The notes under the pieces: generated by a model
Told to the model about the DNA's origin: nothing
Databases searched by the model: none
What the model saw: the letters and a program-made list of their open reading frames with translations, nothing else
NCBI GenBank assembly: GCA_017882305.1
Contig: JADGPU010000002.1
Span: 1,022-65,021, forward strand
Direction: 5' to 3'
DNA from: Bacteroidales bacterium
GTDB lineage: Bacteria > Bacteroidota > Bacteroidia > Bacteroidales > VadinHA17
DNA length: 64,000 nucleotides
In this document: one piece after another, positions 53,571 through 62,804 of the stretch
Position numbering within the stretch: position 1 is the stretch's first letter
How the letters are laid out: each line of letters opens with the position of its first letter
Position numbers and translations under genes: made by a program

Positions 53571-54563
53571 CTAATCGACCAGAAGATTGCATCCTCGGAT
53601 ATCACTGTTATCAAACCTTCCCAGAACTTCAAACCCGCCATCTTCGTGAAGCATGCCAAGATCTCCGGTAGCAATAAAGGAACATGAGTTTATATTTGCC
53701 AGGTCGATTATATTAATTCCTCCGGTTCTGGCTGGTTCGTTATAAAGAGTTAGAGGATCCTGCAGATCCCTGATGATTATCTTCATCCATGGCGGACAAT
53801 AGAATATTCCATCTCCTTTTGAATAAGCCTGGCTCATTAATTCAGTCATCCCATACTCCGAATGAATTGAAAGTACATTCAATTTTTCTTTTAGAATAGA
53901 ATGAAGTTCTGAACGGGTCAGTTCTTTTTTTCTTCCTTTCATCCCACCTGTCTCCATAACTATTACTCCCGAAAGATCAGGAGACTGGATTTCCGCCAGA
54001 TCGAGTAGAGCAAAACTGACGCCGAGCAGCAATACTTTTTGTTTTTCTTTTTTGGCCTTTCCGATTGTCAGAATCAGGTCTTTGATATTAGATTTGTAGA
54101 AACCGCTATGAGGATTTTTGCTTCTCTTAATCAGATTATCAGCCATATAAACGAGTGAAGACCCTTCTATTTCGGTGTTTGAAGGAAGCAAAGCAGCAAT
54201 GAGATATTCTTCAGGTTCGCCGTAAAACAGTCTGAAAGATTTCAGAAAGCTTTCTTCATATAAGCCTAAATCATTTACGAAATGTTTCCCGGGAGTAATT
54301 CCTGTTGTCCCGCTACTTTTAAAGATCATTTCTACCGGTAGATCCCCGCTTATTATTTTATGATTTCTGAAGAATTCGACCGGAAGAAAAGGTATTTTGT
54401 AAGGAGTTTTTATTTTAGAAGAATCTTTCCCCAGACATTTTATAAAGTTGTGATATAGAGCATTATTATTGTATTGATAATTAAATATTTCAAGTGCAGT
54501 TTCCCCAAAGTCCGCGTTACTTGAAATATTGAAAATCCGCCTTTGCAAATTATGCAATTGCAT
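53571..54563 (-). CDS. LuxE/PaaK-like acyl-adenylate-forming enzyme (usually annotated 'acyl transferase' in Bacteroidota)
   Basis: The ORF track gives 53571-54623. A start at MQLHNLQRRIF avoids overlap with the upstream gene. FKSSGTTGITPGKH (SSGTTG) and METGGMKGRKKE blocks are present. Confidence 0.65.
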   Translation of the reverse strand: MQLHNLQRRIFNISSNADFGETALEIFNYQYNNNALYHNFIKCLGKDSSKIKTPYKIPFLPVEFFRNHKIISGDLPVEMIFKSSGTTGITPGKHFVNDLGLYEESFLKSFRLFYGEPEEYLIAALLPSNTEIEGSSLVYMADNLIKRSKNPHSGFYKSNIKDLILTIGKAKKEKQKVLLLGVSFALLDLAEIQSPDLSGVIVMETGGMKGRKKELTRSELHSILKEKLNVLSIHSEYGMTELMSQAYSKGDGIFYCPPWMKIIIRDLQDPLTLYNEPARTGGINIIDLANINSCSFIATGDLGMLHEDGGFEVLGRFDNSDIRGCNLLVD

Positions 54564-54565
54564 TA

Positions 54566-55096
54566 TCATTTGCCTGGAAAAGTTAATGAGCCATCCGGCT
54601 GATAGACCCATTGGAAAGTGCATTCCCCATATGCAATCCCCTGCCTGGTTTCATTAACTGTACTGACGATCCTGAATTTTGTATAGTCATCATTTCCTGA
54701 CCTGTAGATCCATACCTGGTTGGAAGAAATTGGATCGGCCATATCCTGCCATTGAGTTACAGAAAAGGTTTTCAGATTATCAAAAGCCGATTGAGCAGTC
54801 GTTTCATTGGCAAAATCACCTACTTTAAAAAACGACGGCTTCAGATTATTAGACTGAAGTGTTAATATTGGGGTTATGTTGTCAATATTAACATATATAG
54901 CAATATCCGGCCCGGGGTTAACAGTAGTGGCGATCAGTTTTGCTCCGGAAAATGAAAACCCATAACCATAATAAGTTGTAGAGAAGTAGATGATATTATT
55001 AATAGTATCTGTGCCGGATGTACGGGTCGGTTCTTTTTTTGTGCAGCCCGACAGAATTGAAAATATTGAAAATAATATAAATACTATCTTTTTCAT
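54566..55096 (-). CDS. hypothetical lipoprotein
   Basis: 176-aa ORF with a lipobox (FSILSGC). No other motif was recognised. Confidence 0.55.
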   Translation of the reverse strand: MKKIVFILFSIFSILSGCTKKEPTRTSGTDTINNIIYFSTTYYGYGFSFSGAKLIATTVNPGPDIAIYVNIDNITPILTLQSNNLKPSFFKVGDFANETTAQSAFDNLKTFSVTQWQDMADPISSNQVWIYRSGNDDYTKFRIVSTVNETRQGIAYGECTFQWVYQPDGSLTFPGK

Positions 55097-55124
55097 AATG
55101 CAAAGATAATAGTTTTATCAACTT

Positions 55125-55231
55125 CGGAATGCGGATTGCGGAATGAAAAATCTGAATCGATCAAAGCGAACTCGGCAAAGCCAATTCCAAAAACTTCGTC
55201 TCCTCGTCTCTTAGTCTCTACGTCCTTTCGT
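55125..55231. repeat. composite word-repeat element (GCGGAAT/GCGGATT words, then CGTCTC/AGTCTC words)
   Basis: cggaatgcggattgcggaatg ... cttcgtctcctcgtctcttagtctctacgtcctttcgt fills the spacer between the pgk stop and the lipoprotein gene start. Confidence 0.55.
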
Positions 55232-55234
55232 ATT

Positions 55235-56497
55235 CTATTCTCCCCTAATCGCAGTAATTCCAGGAAGCTTTTTCCCTTCCATATACTCAAGCATAGCACC
55301 ACCACCGGTTGAAACGTAGCTCACTTTATCTGCAAGTCCGTTTTTGTTTATTGCAGCTACTGAGTCACCGCCTCCGATGAGACTGTATGCCCCTTTTGAT
55401 GTTGCAGCTGCAATAGCTTTAGCAATGGCAGTTGTGCCTTTTGAGAATTTCTCCATCTCAAAGACTCCCATGGGCCCGTTCCATAGAATTGTTTTAGAAT
55501 TTTCAATCACCGAAGAAAATTCCTTAATAGTTTTCTCTGCTATATCGAGACCCAGCCATCCGTCTTCAACGGCGTTGGCAGCAGTAACTTTAGTATTAGC
55601 CTCATTATCAAACTTATCAGCATTCAGACTGTCGACAGGAAGATAAAGTTTAACTTTCTTTTCTTTGGCTTTTTCAATCAGATTCAAAGCCAGATCAAGT
55701 TTGTCCTCTTCACAGAGAGACTTACCAATTTTACCGCCCATTGCTTTAATAAAGGTATAGGTCATCCCTCCTCCGATAATCAGATTATCAACCCTGTTGA
55801 GAAGGTTTTCGATCAGCATGATCTTATCTGAAACTTTTGCGCCGCCCATTATTGCTGTAAATGGCCTCTGCGGATCCTTAAGAACCTTATCCATTGCTGC
55901 AAGCTCACTGTTGATGAGGAAACCAAACATCCTTTTCTCAGTGTCGAAATAATCAGCCATAACAGCAGTGGTTGCATGTGCCCTATGGGCTGTACCAAAG
56001 GCATCATTAACATAAATTTCTGCATAACCTGCCAGCTTTTTTGCCATCTCTTTCTGTCTGATCTTCATCTCAGCTTTGGCGGCTTTCTTCTCTTCGTCAG
56101 TAACTGTCTCAGGCAGAATGGGTTTTCCTTCTTCTTCCGGATAAAACCGTACATTCTCAAGAAGAAGGATCTCACCCGGTTTCAGTGCAGCTGACATTTT
56201 CACTGCAGATTCCCCGAGGCAATCATCTGCAAACAGCACCTTTTTACCAAGAAGTTTTTCCAGAACCGGAAGAACAGGCTTAAGTGAATATTTCTCCATA
56301 CGGCCCTCTGGTCTGCCAAGATGGGACATAAGTATCAGACATCCACCGTCGTTAAGAATTTTATTAATTGTCAGTAATGCTCCCCTGATTCGGGTATCAT
56401 CAGTTACCGTAAAAGTCTTTTTGTCGAGGGGTACATTGAAATCGACCCTTACTATTGCCTTCTTTCCTTTGAAATTAAAGTCCTGAATCATTTTCAT
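55235..56497 (-). CDS. pgk: phosphoglycerate kinase
   Basis: 420-aa ORF with [24 protein letters not shown] and GGGDS...STGGGA blocks. Confidence 0.95.
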   Translation of the reverse strand: MKMIQDFNFKGKKAIVRVDFNVPLDKKTFTVTDDTRIRGALLTINKILNDGGCLILMSHLGRPEGRMEKYSLKPVLPVLEKLLGKKVLFADDCLGESAVKMSAALKPGEILLLENVRFYPEEEGKPILPETVTDEEKKAAKAEMKIRQKEMAKKLAGYAEIYVNDAFGTAHRAHATTAVMADYFDTEKRMFGFLINSELAAMDKVLKDPQRPFTAIMGGAKVSDKIMLIENLLNRVDNLIIGGGMTYTFIKAMGGKIGKSLCEEDKLDLALNLIEKAKEKKVKLYLPVDSLNADKFDNEANTKVTAANAVEDGWLGLDIAEKTIKEFSSVIENSKTILWNGPMGVFEMEKFSKGTTAIAKAIAAATSKGAYSLIGGGDSVAAINKNGLADKVSYVSTGGGAMLEYMEGKKLPGITAIRGE

Positions 56498-56593
56498 AGA
56501 TCAAATATTTTTATTTAACACAAGAAATTCTCATTTACAAACCTACATTTTTTTTGGAAATATTCATTTGTAAAAATGTCTCAAAATATTAAC

Positions 56594-56610
56594 CTCTGTG
56601 TAACTCTGCG
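56594..56610. repeat. solo copy of the CTCTGTG word pair
   Basis: ctctgtgtaactctgcg lies upstream of tpx. It is nearly identical to part of the right arm of the element at 53455-53561. Confidence 0.45.
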
Positions 56611-56647
56611 AATTCATAAAAGATTAATTAAATTTGAAAAAAAAGTT

Positions 56648-57148
56648 ATGGCAAAAATTACATTTAAAGGAAATCCGGTAAACACCTCCGGAGATCTTCC
56701 TTCGAAGGGCACTAAAGCTCCGGATTTTTCACTTGTAAAATCAGATCTCGGGTCATTGTCGTTATCAGAACTTAAAGGGAAAAAAGTCATTCTAAATATA
56801 TTCCCCAGTCTCGACACATCAGTCTGTGCAACAACAGTCAGAAAATTCAATCAGATGGCCTCAGGAATGAAGAATGTGACAGTGCTCGGGATATCAAAAG
56901 ATCTTCCTTATGCGCATGGACGTTTCTGTTCCACCGAAGGCATTACCAATGTTATTACACTGTCGGGTTTCCGCGACAGAGAATTCGGCAAAGCTTATGG
57001 TGTTGATTACATTGACGGCCCCGTTGCCGGACTATATGCAAGAGCTATAGTTGTAATTGATGAAACCGGGACTATCGTTTATAACCAACTGGTTCCGGAA
57101 CATACACAGGAGCCTGATTATGAAGCTGCACTTAAAGCAGTTCAATAA
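56648..57148 (+). CDS. tpx: thiol peroxidase (atypical 2-Cys peroxiredoxin)
   Basis: The ORF track gives 56576-57148. The start is placed at MAKITFKGNPV as in Tpx. The peroxidatic Cys block is PSLDTSVCAT and the resolving Cys is in RFCSTEG. Confidence 0.9.
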   Translation: MAKITFKGNPVNTSGDLPSKGTKAPDFSLVKSDLGSLSLSELKGKKVILNIFPSLDTSVCATTVRKFNQMASGMKNVTVLGISKDLPYAHGRFCSTEGITNVITLSGFRDREFGKAYGVDYIDGPVAGLYARAIVVIDETGTIVYNQLVPEHTQEPDYEAALKAVQ

Positions 57149-57202
57149 GGTTAATCGTTACAGAAACTCTTCATTCTTTATGTTTTTGTTTGAGACAGAC
57201 AT

Positions 57203-58336
57203 ATGAATTTTGCTCAGATTCCAGGTCAAAAAGAGATTAAAGGAAAGCTTCTCCGGTCAGTAAAGGAAGAAAGAGTCAGTCATGCCCAGCTTTTTACCGG
57301 ACCTGAAGGGTGTGGCAATATGGCTCTGGCATTGGCATATGCAAGGTATATCAGTTGTGAGAACAGGACTGACTTCGACTCATGCGGTACATGTAAGTCG
57401 TGCGTTAAATATGAGAAACTGATACACCCCGATCTTCATTTTGTATTTCCGGTCATAAAAGGAAAGAAAGCGACAGATCCGGTCAGTGACAATTATTTAG
57501 AGGAATGGAGAGAGTTTGTAAAGATCTCTCCCTATTTTACACTTAATAACTGGATGGATTCTATTGAAGTCGGGAATGCCCAGGGGATGATATTTGCTTC
57601 GGAAGCGTCTGAAATCATAAAAAAACTGAGTCTCAAGACCTTCGAATCAGACTTTAAAATAATGATAATCTGGCTCCCTGAAAAAATGCATCAGGCAACA
57701 GCTAATAAACTTCTGAAAATGATTGAGGAGCCACCTGAAAAAACTCTTTTTCTCCTGGTTTCTGAAGAGCCCGATAAGGTAATTCCTACAATTCTTTCAA
57801 GGTGTCAGCTTGTTAAAGTCCCTTCCTTCAACAATCGTGATATTGAAAAATATCTTATAGACAGGTTTAATATCTCAATTGATAAAGCTGCTGATATATC
57901 ATGTGTATCAAACGGAAATATAACAAGAGCAATTGAGCTTTGTGAAAACGAAGATTCTTCACTGGCAAATCTTGAACGTTTTAAAAGCCTGATGAGATTT
58001 GCCTGGAAACGCGACATTATTTCAATTATAAATTGGTCGGAAGAGATTTCAACAACAGGCAGAGAAGCTCAGAAAAACTTTATTTCCTTTTCTATGAGGA
58101 TACTCCGGGAAAACCTGATGTTATCTCTCGATCAGCTGAAAAACAGTCTGGTTTTTCTGACAGGTGAGGAAGCAACTTTCTCAGGAAATTTTCACCCCTT
58201 CATAAATCAGAATAATATATATCCGCTTACAGAAGAGTTCAATCTTGTCTATTCCCATATTGAGTCAAACGGAAATGCAAAAATAATCTTCCTTGACCTG
58301 GCATTAAAAGTTACCAGGCTTATCCGTCGATCATAA
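57203..58336 (+). CDS. holB: DNA polymerase III subunit delta'
   Basis: 377-aa ORF with HAQLFTGPEGCGNMALA (a degenerate P-loop), a Zn module CGTCKSCVK, and SRCQ. Confidence 0.8.
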   Translation: MNFAQIPGQKEIKGKLLRSVKEERVSHAQLFTGPEGCGNMALALAYARYISCENRTDFDSCGTCKSCVKYEKLIHPDLHFVFPVIKGKKATDPVSDNYLEEWREFVKISPYFTLNNWMDSIEVGNAQGMIFASEASEIIKKLSLKTFESDFKIMIIWLPEKMHQATANKLLKMIEEPPEKTLFLLVSEEPDKVIPTILSRCQLVKVPSFNNRDIEKYLIDRFNISIDKAADISCVSNGNITRAIELCENEDSSLANLERFKSLMRFAWKRDIISIINWSEEISTTGREAQKNFISFSMRILRENLMLSLDQLKNSLVFLTGEEATFSGNFHPFINQNNIYPLTEEFNLVYSHIESNGNAKIIFLDLALKVTRLIRRS

Positions 58337-58405
58337 CCCTGAATGTTGAAATTGATTCAATTATTCACTACTTTTGCGGAGTAATTTCTGAATCTAAAGA
58401 GTTTT

Positions 58406-59557
58406 ATGACAGATAGCGAAGATATTCAAGGGCAGGCCGGGGAAGAGATCCGCATGCCTGATATAACATATAAGCCCGGATATAATAAACTGGATTCTTT
58501 CAACTGGTTGAAAGATCTGCCTGACACTCCCGACCTGAATGACATAGTTGAAATCCGATTCAAAAATACCAGGAAAGGGTTTTTCAGGAATGTAAACGGG
58601 TTAAGACTTGAGATTGGTGATGTGGTTGCAGTGGAGGCATCCCCCGGGCATGATATAGGCAGAGTTTCGATGGTTGGACATCTGGTTCAGGAACAACTAA
58701 AAAGACTCAAGGTACATCCATCGCCCGATGATCTGAAAAAAGTTTATCGTAAGGCAAAAGCTGTTGACGTTCAGAAATGGGAAGAGGCAAAAAAATTGGA
58801 ATCCCCGACAATGTTGCGTTCAAGAAAGATTTCTGAAGAACTCAAACTTAATATGAAGATTGGGGATGTTGAATACCAGGGCGATAAGACAAAGGCCATA
58901 TTCTATTACATTGCCGATGAGAGAGTGGACTTCCGCCAGCTTATTAAAGTTCTGGCCGATGAATTCAGGGTAAGAATTGAGATGCGCCAGATAGGTGCTC
59001 GCCAGGAAGCTGGAAGAATCGGAGGAATTGGCTCATGCGGAAGAGAACTATGCTGTGCAACACATATAACTAATTTTATTTCAGTTACAACAACTCATGC
59101 AAAATACCAGGAGTTGTCTCTCAATCCTCAGAAACTCGCGGGGCAATGCAGTAAACTGAAATGCTGCCTCAACTTTGAATTAGACTGTTATGTTGACGCA
59201 CAAAGGTCATTTCCACCACGAGATGTACCTCTTGAAGCTCTTGACTGTACAGCTTACTTCCAGAAGCTTGAAGTTCATAAAGGGCTTTACTGGTATTCAA
59301 CAGATCCACATTCAAATGCGAACCTTATTGCACTGCCGGTACAGAGGGTCAGAGAGATTCAGGCTCTTAACAGAAAAGGAAAGAAAGTCGAAAAGCTTAA
59401 GCTGGTCGATGAATTATGGGAGGTAACACCTGTTTCTCAGGACCTGTTGAAAAATAACAGCCTTACAAGGTTCGACCCTCCTGAAAATAAAAGTCAGCAG
59501 AGCAAGAGTCCAAACAAAAGAAAAAACAGAAGATTCAATGATAAAAGGAATAAATAG
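58406..59557 (+). CDS. PSP1 domain protein (RicT/YaaT-like)
   Basis: 383-aa ORF. The PSP1 C-terminal block is RQIGARQEAGRIGGIGSCGRELCCATH...CSKLKCCLNFE. Confidence 0.8.
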   Translation: MTDSEDIQGQAGEEIRMPDITYKPGYNKLDSFNWLKDLPDTPDLNDIVEIRFKNTRKGFFRNVNGLRLEIGDVVAVEASPGHDIGRVSMVGHLVQEQLKRLKVHPSPDDLKKVYRKAKAVDVQKWEEAKKLESPTMLRSRKISEELKLNMKIGDVEYQGDKTKAIFYYIADERVDFRQLIKVLADEFRVRIEMRQIGARQEAGRIGGIGSCGRELCCATHITNFISVTTTHAKYQELSLNPQKLAGQCSKLKCCLNFELDCYVDAQRSFPPRDVPLEALDCTAYFQKLEVHKGLYWYSTDPHSNANLIALPVQRVREIQALNRKGKKVEKLKLVDELWEVTPVSQDLLKNNSLTRFDPPENKSQQSKSPNKRKNRRFNDKRNK

Positions 59558-60020
59558 ATTTTCATTCATTTTAATATTGACATTCTTAATATTACTCTTC
59601 TCATGCAACAGCAAAGTTGTATATACAAATTCCCAGACAATGGCGGAAGAAACCTGGAAACTGATGGATATTCCTACTTTTAAAGTTCCAATAACAGATA
59701 CCCTTAACAGCAATAATGTATTTTTTACTATCAGAAACGGCTCCTCTTTTCCATTTCGTAATATTTTTCTTTTCGTTACCACAATATCCCCGGATGGAAG
59801 AAAAATCACTGATACTCTTCAGTACAACCTTGCTGATGAAAAAGGAAAGTGGTACGGCAAGGGATTTGGCGATATTCATGAACTGAATCTGCCATATAAA
59901 TCAAATGTCTATTTCCTCCTAAAAGGCACATACGAGTTTAAGATTCAGCATGGTATGCGCATTGAAAATCTAAAGGGTGTTTATGATTTCGGATTGAGAA
60001 TAGAAAAGATCAGAAAATAA
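59538..60020 (+). CDS. gldH: gliding motility lipoprotein GldH
   Basis: 160-aa ORF with lipobox LLFSC. FFTIRNGSSFPFRNIFLFV...DTLQYNLADEKGKWYGKGFGD...GVYDFGLRIE follows the GldH pattern as I recall it from Flavobacterium. It overlaps the PSP1 gene by 20 nt. Confidence 0.75.
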   Translation: MIKGINRFSFILILTFLILLFSCNSKVVYTNSQTMAEETWKLMDIPTFKVPITDTLNSNNVFFTIRNGSSFPFRNIFLFVTTISPDGRKITDTLQYNLADEKGKWYGKGFGDIHELNLPYKSNVYFLLKGTYEFKIQHGMRIENLKGVYDFGLRIEKIRK

Positions 60021-60030
60021 ATCTCGGGAA

Positions 60031-60741
60031 GTGGGAAAGAATAAACTGGCAAGATGGACTGAGTTGGGATCATACGATAATGTTATTCAGCCCGAAATCG
60101 GGGATGTTACCGGTAAAGATCACCCCATAAAGGGGAGATGGAATCGAGAGCTCTTTAAAAATAAAAACCCTATTGTTCTCGAACTTGGATGTGGCAAAGG
60201 AGAATATACTGTAGGTCTGGCAAACAATTTCCGTCACAAGAATTTTATAGGAATTGATATAAAAGGAGCTCGTATGTGGCGGGGAGCCAAAACAGCCAAT
60301 GAACAGAAATTGCCAAATGTAGCTTTCCTGCGCACAAGAATTGAATTCATCAATTCCTTCTTCTCTGAAGATGAGGTTGATGAGATTTGGATTACCTTCC
60401 CCGATCCTCATCCTGGTGGACGAAACTCAAATAAAAGACTAACATCGCCATGGTTTCTTAATTCCTACCGCCTTTTTCTGAAAGATAAAGGAATAATTCA
60501 TCTAAAAACCGATAACAAAGAGCTTTATGAATTCACAGGTAAGGTTTTAAGTTATAATAGCCTTGAAACGATCCGCTCGATGAATGATCTGTATGCGGAA
60601 AAGATTGATAGGATTCTTTCGATCAGAACCCATTATGAAAAGATTTTTCTGGATGAGGGACTAAAAATAAACTACCTCTCCTTCAGACTGGATAAAAAAA
60701 AAATTATCGAAAATGCCTCAGTTAAAGCAAAAAGCGAATGA
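60031..60741 (+). CDS. trmB: tRNA (guanine46-N7)-methyltransferase
   Basis: 236-aa ORF with a GTG start. LELGCGKGEYTV (SAM motif), ITFPDPHP and LKTDN blocks are present. Confidence 0.85.
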   Translation: MGKNKLARWTELGSYDNVIQPEIGDVTGKDHPIKGRWNRELFKNKNPIVLELGCGKGEYTVGLANNFRHKNFIGIDIKGARMWRGAKTANEQKLPNVAFLRTRIEFINSFFSEDEVDEIWITFPDPHPGGRNSNKRLTSPWFLNSYRLFLKDKGIIHLKTDNKELYEFTGKVLSYNSLETIRSMNDLYAEKIDRILSIRTHYEKIFLDEGLKINYLSFRLDKKKIIENASVKAKSE

Positions 60742-61063
60742 AGACTTTTTCTCAAAGGTATATGAGCTGACAAAGTGTATACCATACGGAAGGATATCCT
60801 CATATGGCGCCATTGCACGCTATCTGGGTTCCGGAAAATCAGCCCGTATGGTTGGATGGGCACTTAATGCGAGCCACAGCAATAGGGAATTTATACCTGC
60901 CCACAGGGTTGTAAACCATAATGGTCTTCTCACAGGGAAACATCATTTCGGTAATTCAACAACTATGGAACAACTGCTCGAAAATGAGGGGATCATAATA
61001 GAAAATGATCGGATTATCAATTTCAAAGAAAAGTTCTGGGACCCAGGTACAGAACTTAAATAA
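60713..61063 (+). CDS. MGMT-family DNA-binding protein lacking the acceptor Cys (alkyltransferase-like, ATL)
   Basis: The 116-aa ORF has IPYGRISSYGAIARYLG..ARMVGWAL and then IPAHRVVNHNG. The canonical PCHRV site has Ala in place of Cys. Confidence 0.7.
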   Translation: MPQLKQKANEDFFSKVYELTKCIPYGRISSYGAIARYLGSGKSARMVGWALNASHSNREFIPAHRVVNHNGLLTGKHHFGNSTTMEQLLENEGIIIENDRIINFKEKFWDPGTELK

Positions 61064-61095
61064 GTTCGGAGTGCCTAAAGAGAAACCCCCTTTCA

Positions 61096-61193
61096 TTCCC
61101 CCTACGGGGGGAAAAATCCTCACTGTTTTATTGTAATTATTGTAAGTACCAGAGCATTATCGCCCCCTTGGGGGAGATGTCAGCGCAGCTGAC
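61096..61193. other. cluster of three short GC-rich hairpins in an AT-rich 300-nt spacer
   Basis: The hairpins are ttccccc-tac-gggggaa, a cccccttggggg palindrome, and gtcagc-gca-gctgac. None is followed by a T-run. Confidence 0.4.
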
Positions 61194-61364
61194 AGAGGGG
61201 TCTTACTTCCGAAACAATTCCCCTGTATGGCATCCTAACTCTAGCTCACTCTAAACTTTTAGCATATACATTTTGTATTTACGCAAAAAACCGGTAAACT
61301 TGCACCTTGTTTATATTTAAATCAAATAAAAATAACCTTTTAAGCTGGTTGTTTTAATATTAAA

Positions 61365-62471
61365 ATGATGTTTTCAAAAGATCAGATACTAAAAGCTCTT
61401 TCCAGGGTCATTCATCCGGGAAAAAAGAAAGATATCGTTGCTCTGGAAATGGTCACCAAAGTTGAATCAGGTGAAAACGGGATATCTCTCACCCTGACGC
61501 CGGAAAAGTCAAACGATCCTTTTATTTCATCAATCAGGAGCACAATTGTCAGGACAATAAAAGAGGTTCTGGGAGCGGATGCGATAATTAACGAAATAAA
61601 AGTTCAGCCAAAGGTTATAGTTGGAAAACAACAGGAAAAACTCCCGAATGTTTTACCCGGAGTGTCAAATATAATTGCTGTCGCATCAGGCAAGGGGGGC
61701 GTTGGTAAAACTACTATAGCTGTTAATCTGGCTATCTCACTTGCCCGTATGGGATATAAGGTTGGACTTCTGGATGCAGATGTTTTTGGACCATCAGTTC
61801 CAAAAATGTTTAACGAGGAAAAATACAGGCCCGAAGTAAGAAGGGATAATAATTCTGATCATATTATCCCTCTGACGAAATTCGGAGTCAAAGTTCTTTC
61901 GACAGGTTTTTTTGTCGATCCGGCAGATGCAGTTATCTGGAGGGGACCTATGGCTTCTAATTTTCTTAAACAACTGATAACCCAGGGCGAATGGGGTCAA
62001 CTCGATTATCTGCTTGTTGATTTACCTCCCGGAACAAGTGATATTCATCTAACTCTTGTTCAGGAGGTTCCGGTAACAGGAGCAATTGTTATCAGCACTC
62101 CCCAGGAGATTGCTCTTGCAGATGCTATAAAAGGAATTGCAATGTTCAGGAGCGATAAAATAGATGTGCCTGTACTCGGATTGGTAGAAAACATGTCGTG
62201 GTTCACACCTGCAGAATTTCCGGAGAACAGGTACTACATTTTCGGAAAAGAAGGATGTAAGAAACTTGCTGAAAAAATGAATGTTCCTTTGCTTGGGCAA
62301 ATTCCTCTTGTTCAGAGCATATGTGAAGGCAGCGATACCGGGCAGCCCGTATCCATGGGTGATTCAATTACGGGAAATGCCTTTATGAAGCTTGCGGAGC
62401 AGCTTATTAAAAGAGTCGGACAAAGAAACAAAGAACAGGGACCAACTGTTAAACTTAAGGTAACTAAATAA
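61365..62471 (+). CDS. mrp: Mrp/NBP35 (ApbC) family Fe-S cluster carrier ATPase
   Basis: 368-aa ORF with an N-terminal DUF59-like part, a deviant Walker A (VASGKGGVGKTT) and DLPPGTSD. Confidence 0.9.
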   Translation: MMFSKDQILKALSRVIHPGKKKDIVALEMVTKVESGENGISLTLTPEKSNDPFISSIRSTIVRTIKEVLGADAIINEIKVQPKVIVGKQQEKLPNVLPGVSNIIAVASGKGGVGKTTIAVNLAISLARMGYKVGLLDADVFGPSVPKMFNEEKYRPEVRRDNNSDHIIPLTKFGVKVLSTGFFVDPADAVIWRGPMASNFLKQLITQGEWGQLDYLLVDLPPGTSDIHLTLVQEVPVTGAIVISTPQEIALADAIKGIAMFRSDKIDVPVLGLVENMSWFTPAEFPENRYYIFGKEGCKKLAEKMNVPLLGQIPLVQSICEGSDTGQPVSMGDSITGNAFMKLAEQLIKRVGQRNKEQGPTVKLKVTK

Positions 62472-62484
62472 AATTAAAACAGAT

Positions 62485-62724
62485 ATGACAGAAACTAGTA
62501 GTATTAAAGACCGCGTTATGAAAGCGCTTGAAAGAGTAAGACCTTATCTTCAGTCTGACGGAGGAGATATAGAATTCATAGATGTTTCCGATGATATGAC
62601 CGTCAAGGTTAAGCTTACAGGTGCTTGTCATGGATGTCCTTACAGTATGCAGACTTTAAGGGCAGGGGTTGAACAGGCTATAATGAAGGAAGTACCCGAA
62701 ATAAAGAGAGTTATTTCAGCCTGA
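62485..62724 (+). CDS. NifU-like (C-terminal NifU domain) protein
   Basis: The 79-aa ORF has RPYLQSDGGDIEFIDV...VKLTGACHGCPYS (CxxC). Confidence 0.85.
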   Translation: MTETSSIKDRVMKALERVRPYLQSDGGDIEFIDVSDDMTVKVKLTGACHGCPYSMQTLRAGVEQAIMKEVPEIKRVISA

Positions 62725-62804
62725 GAAACCACATCAGTCCAATTTTGTTTACCTTTGAAATACTATACACAAAATTAGTTAGTTATAGTATTAAAAGTCA
62801 TTTA

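Noticed and set aside
53218-53592. 124-aa minus-strand ORF (…HSYTEWHREDTELHRDVMTIIKPLCGPLWDLCETLCNK…).
   Set aside because: It is a read-through of the CACAGAG/CTCTGTG repeat element and of the out-of-frame peptidase pseudogene. The peptide is low-complexity repeat translation, not a gene.
55093-55305. 70-aa minus-strand ORF spanning the pgk/lipoprotein spacer.
   Set aside because: It is made of translated word repeats (…ETKRRGDE…FRNPHSE…) and overlaps the pgk 3' end. It is almost certainly non-coding.
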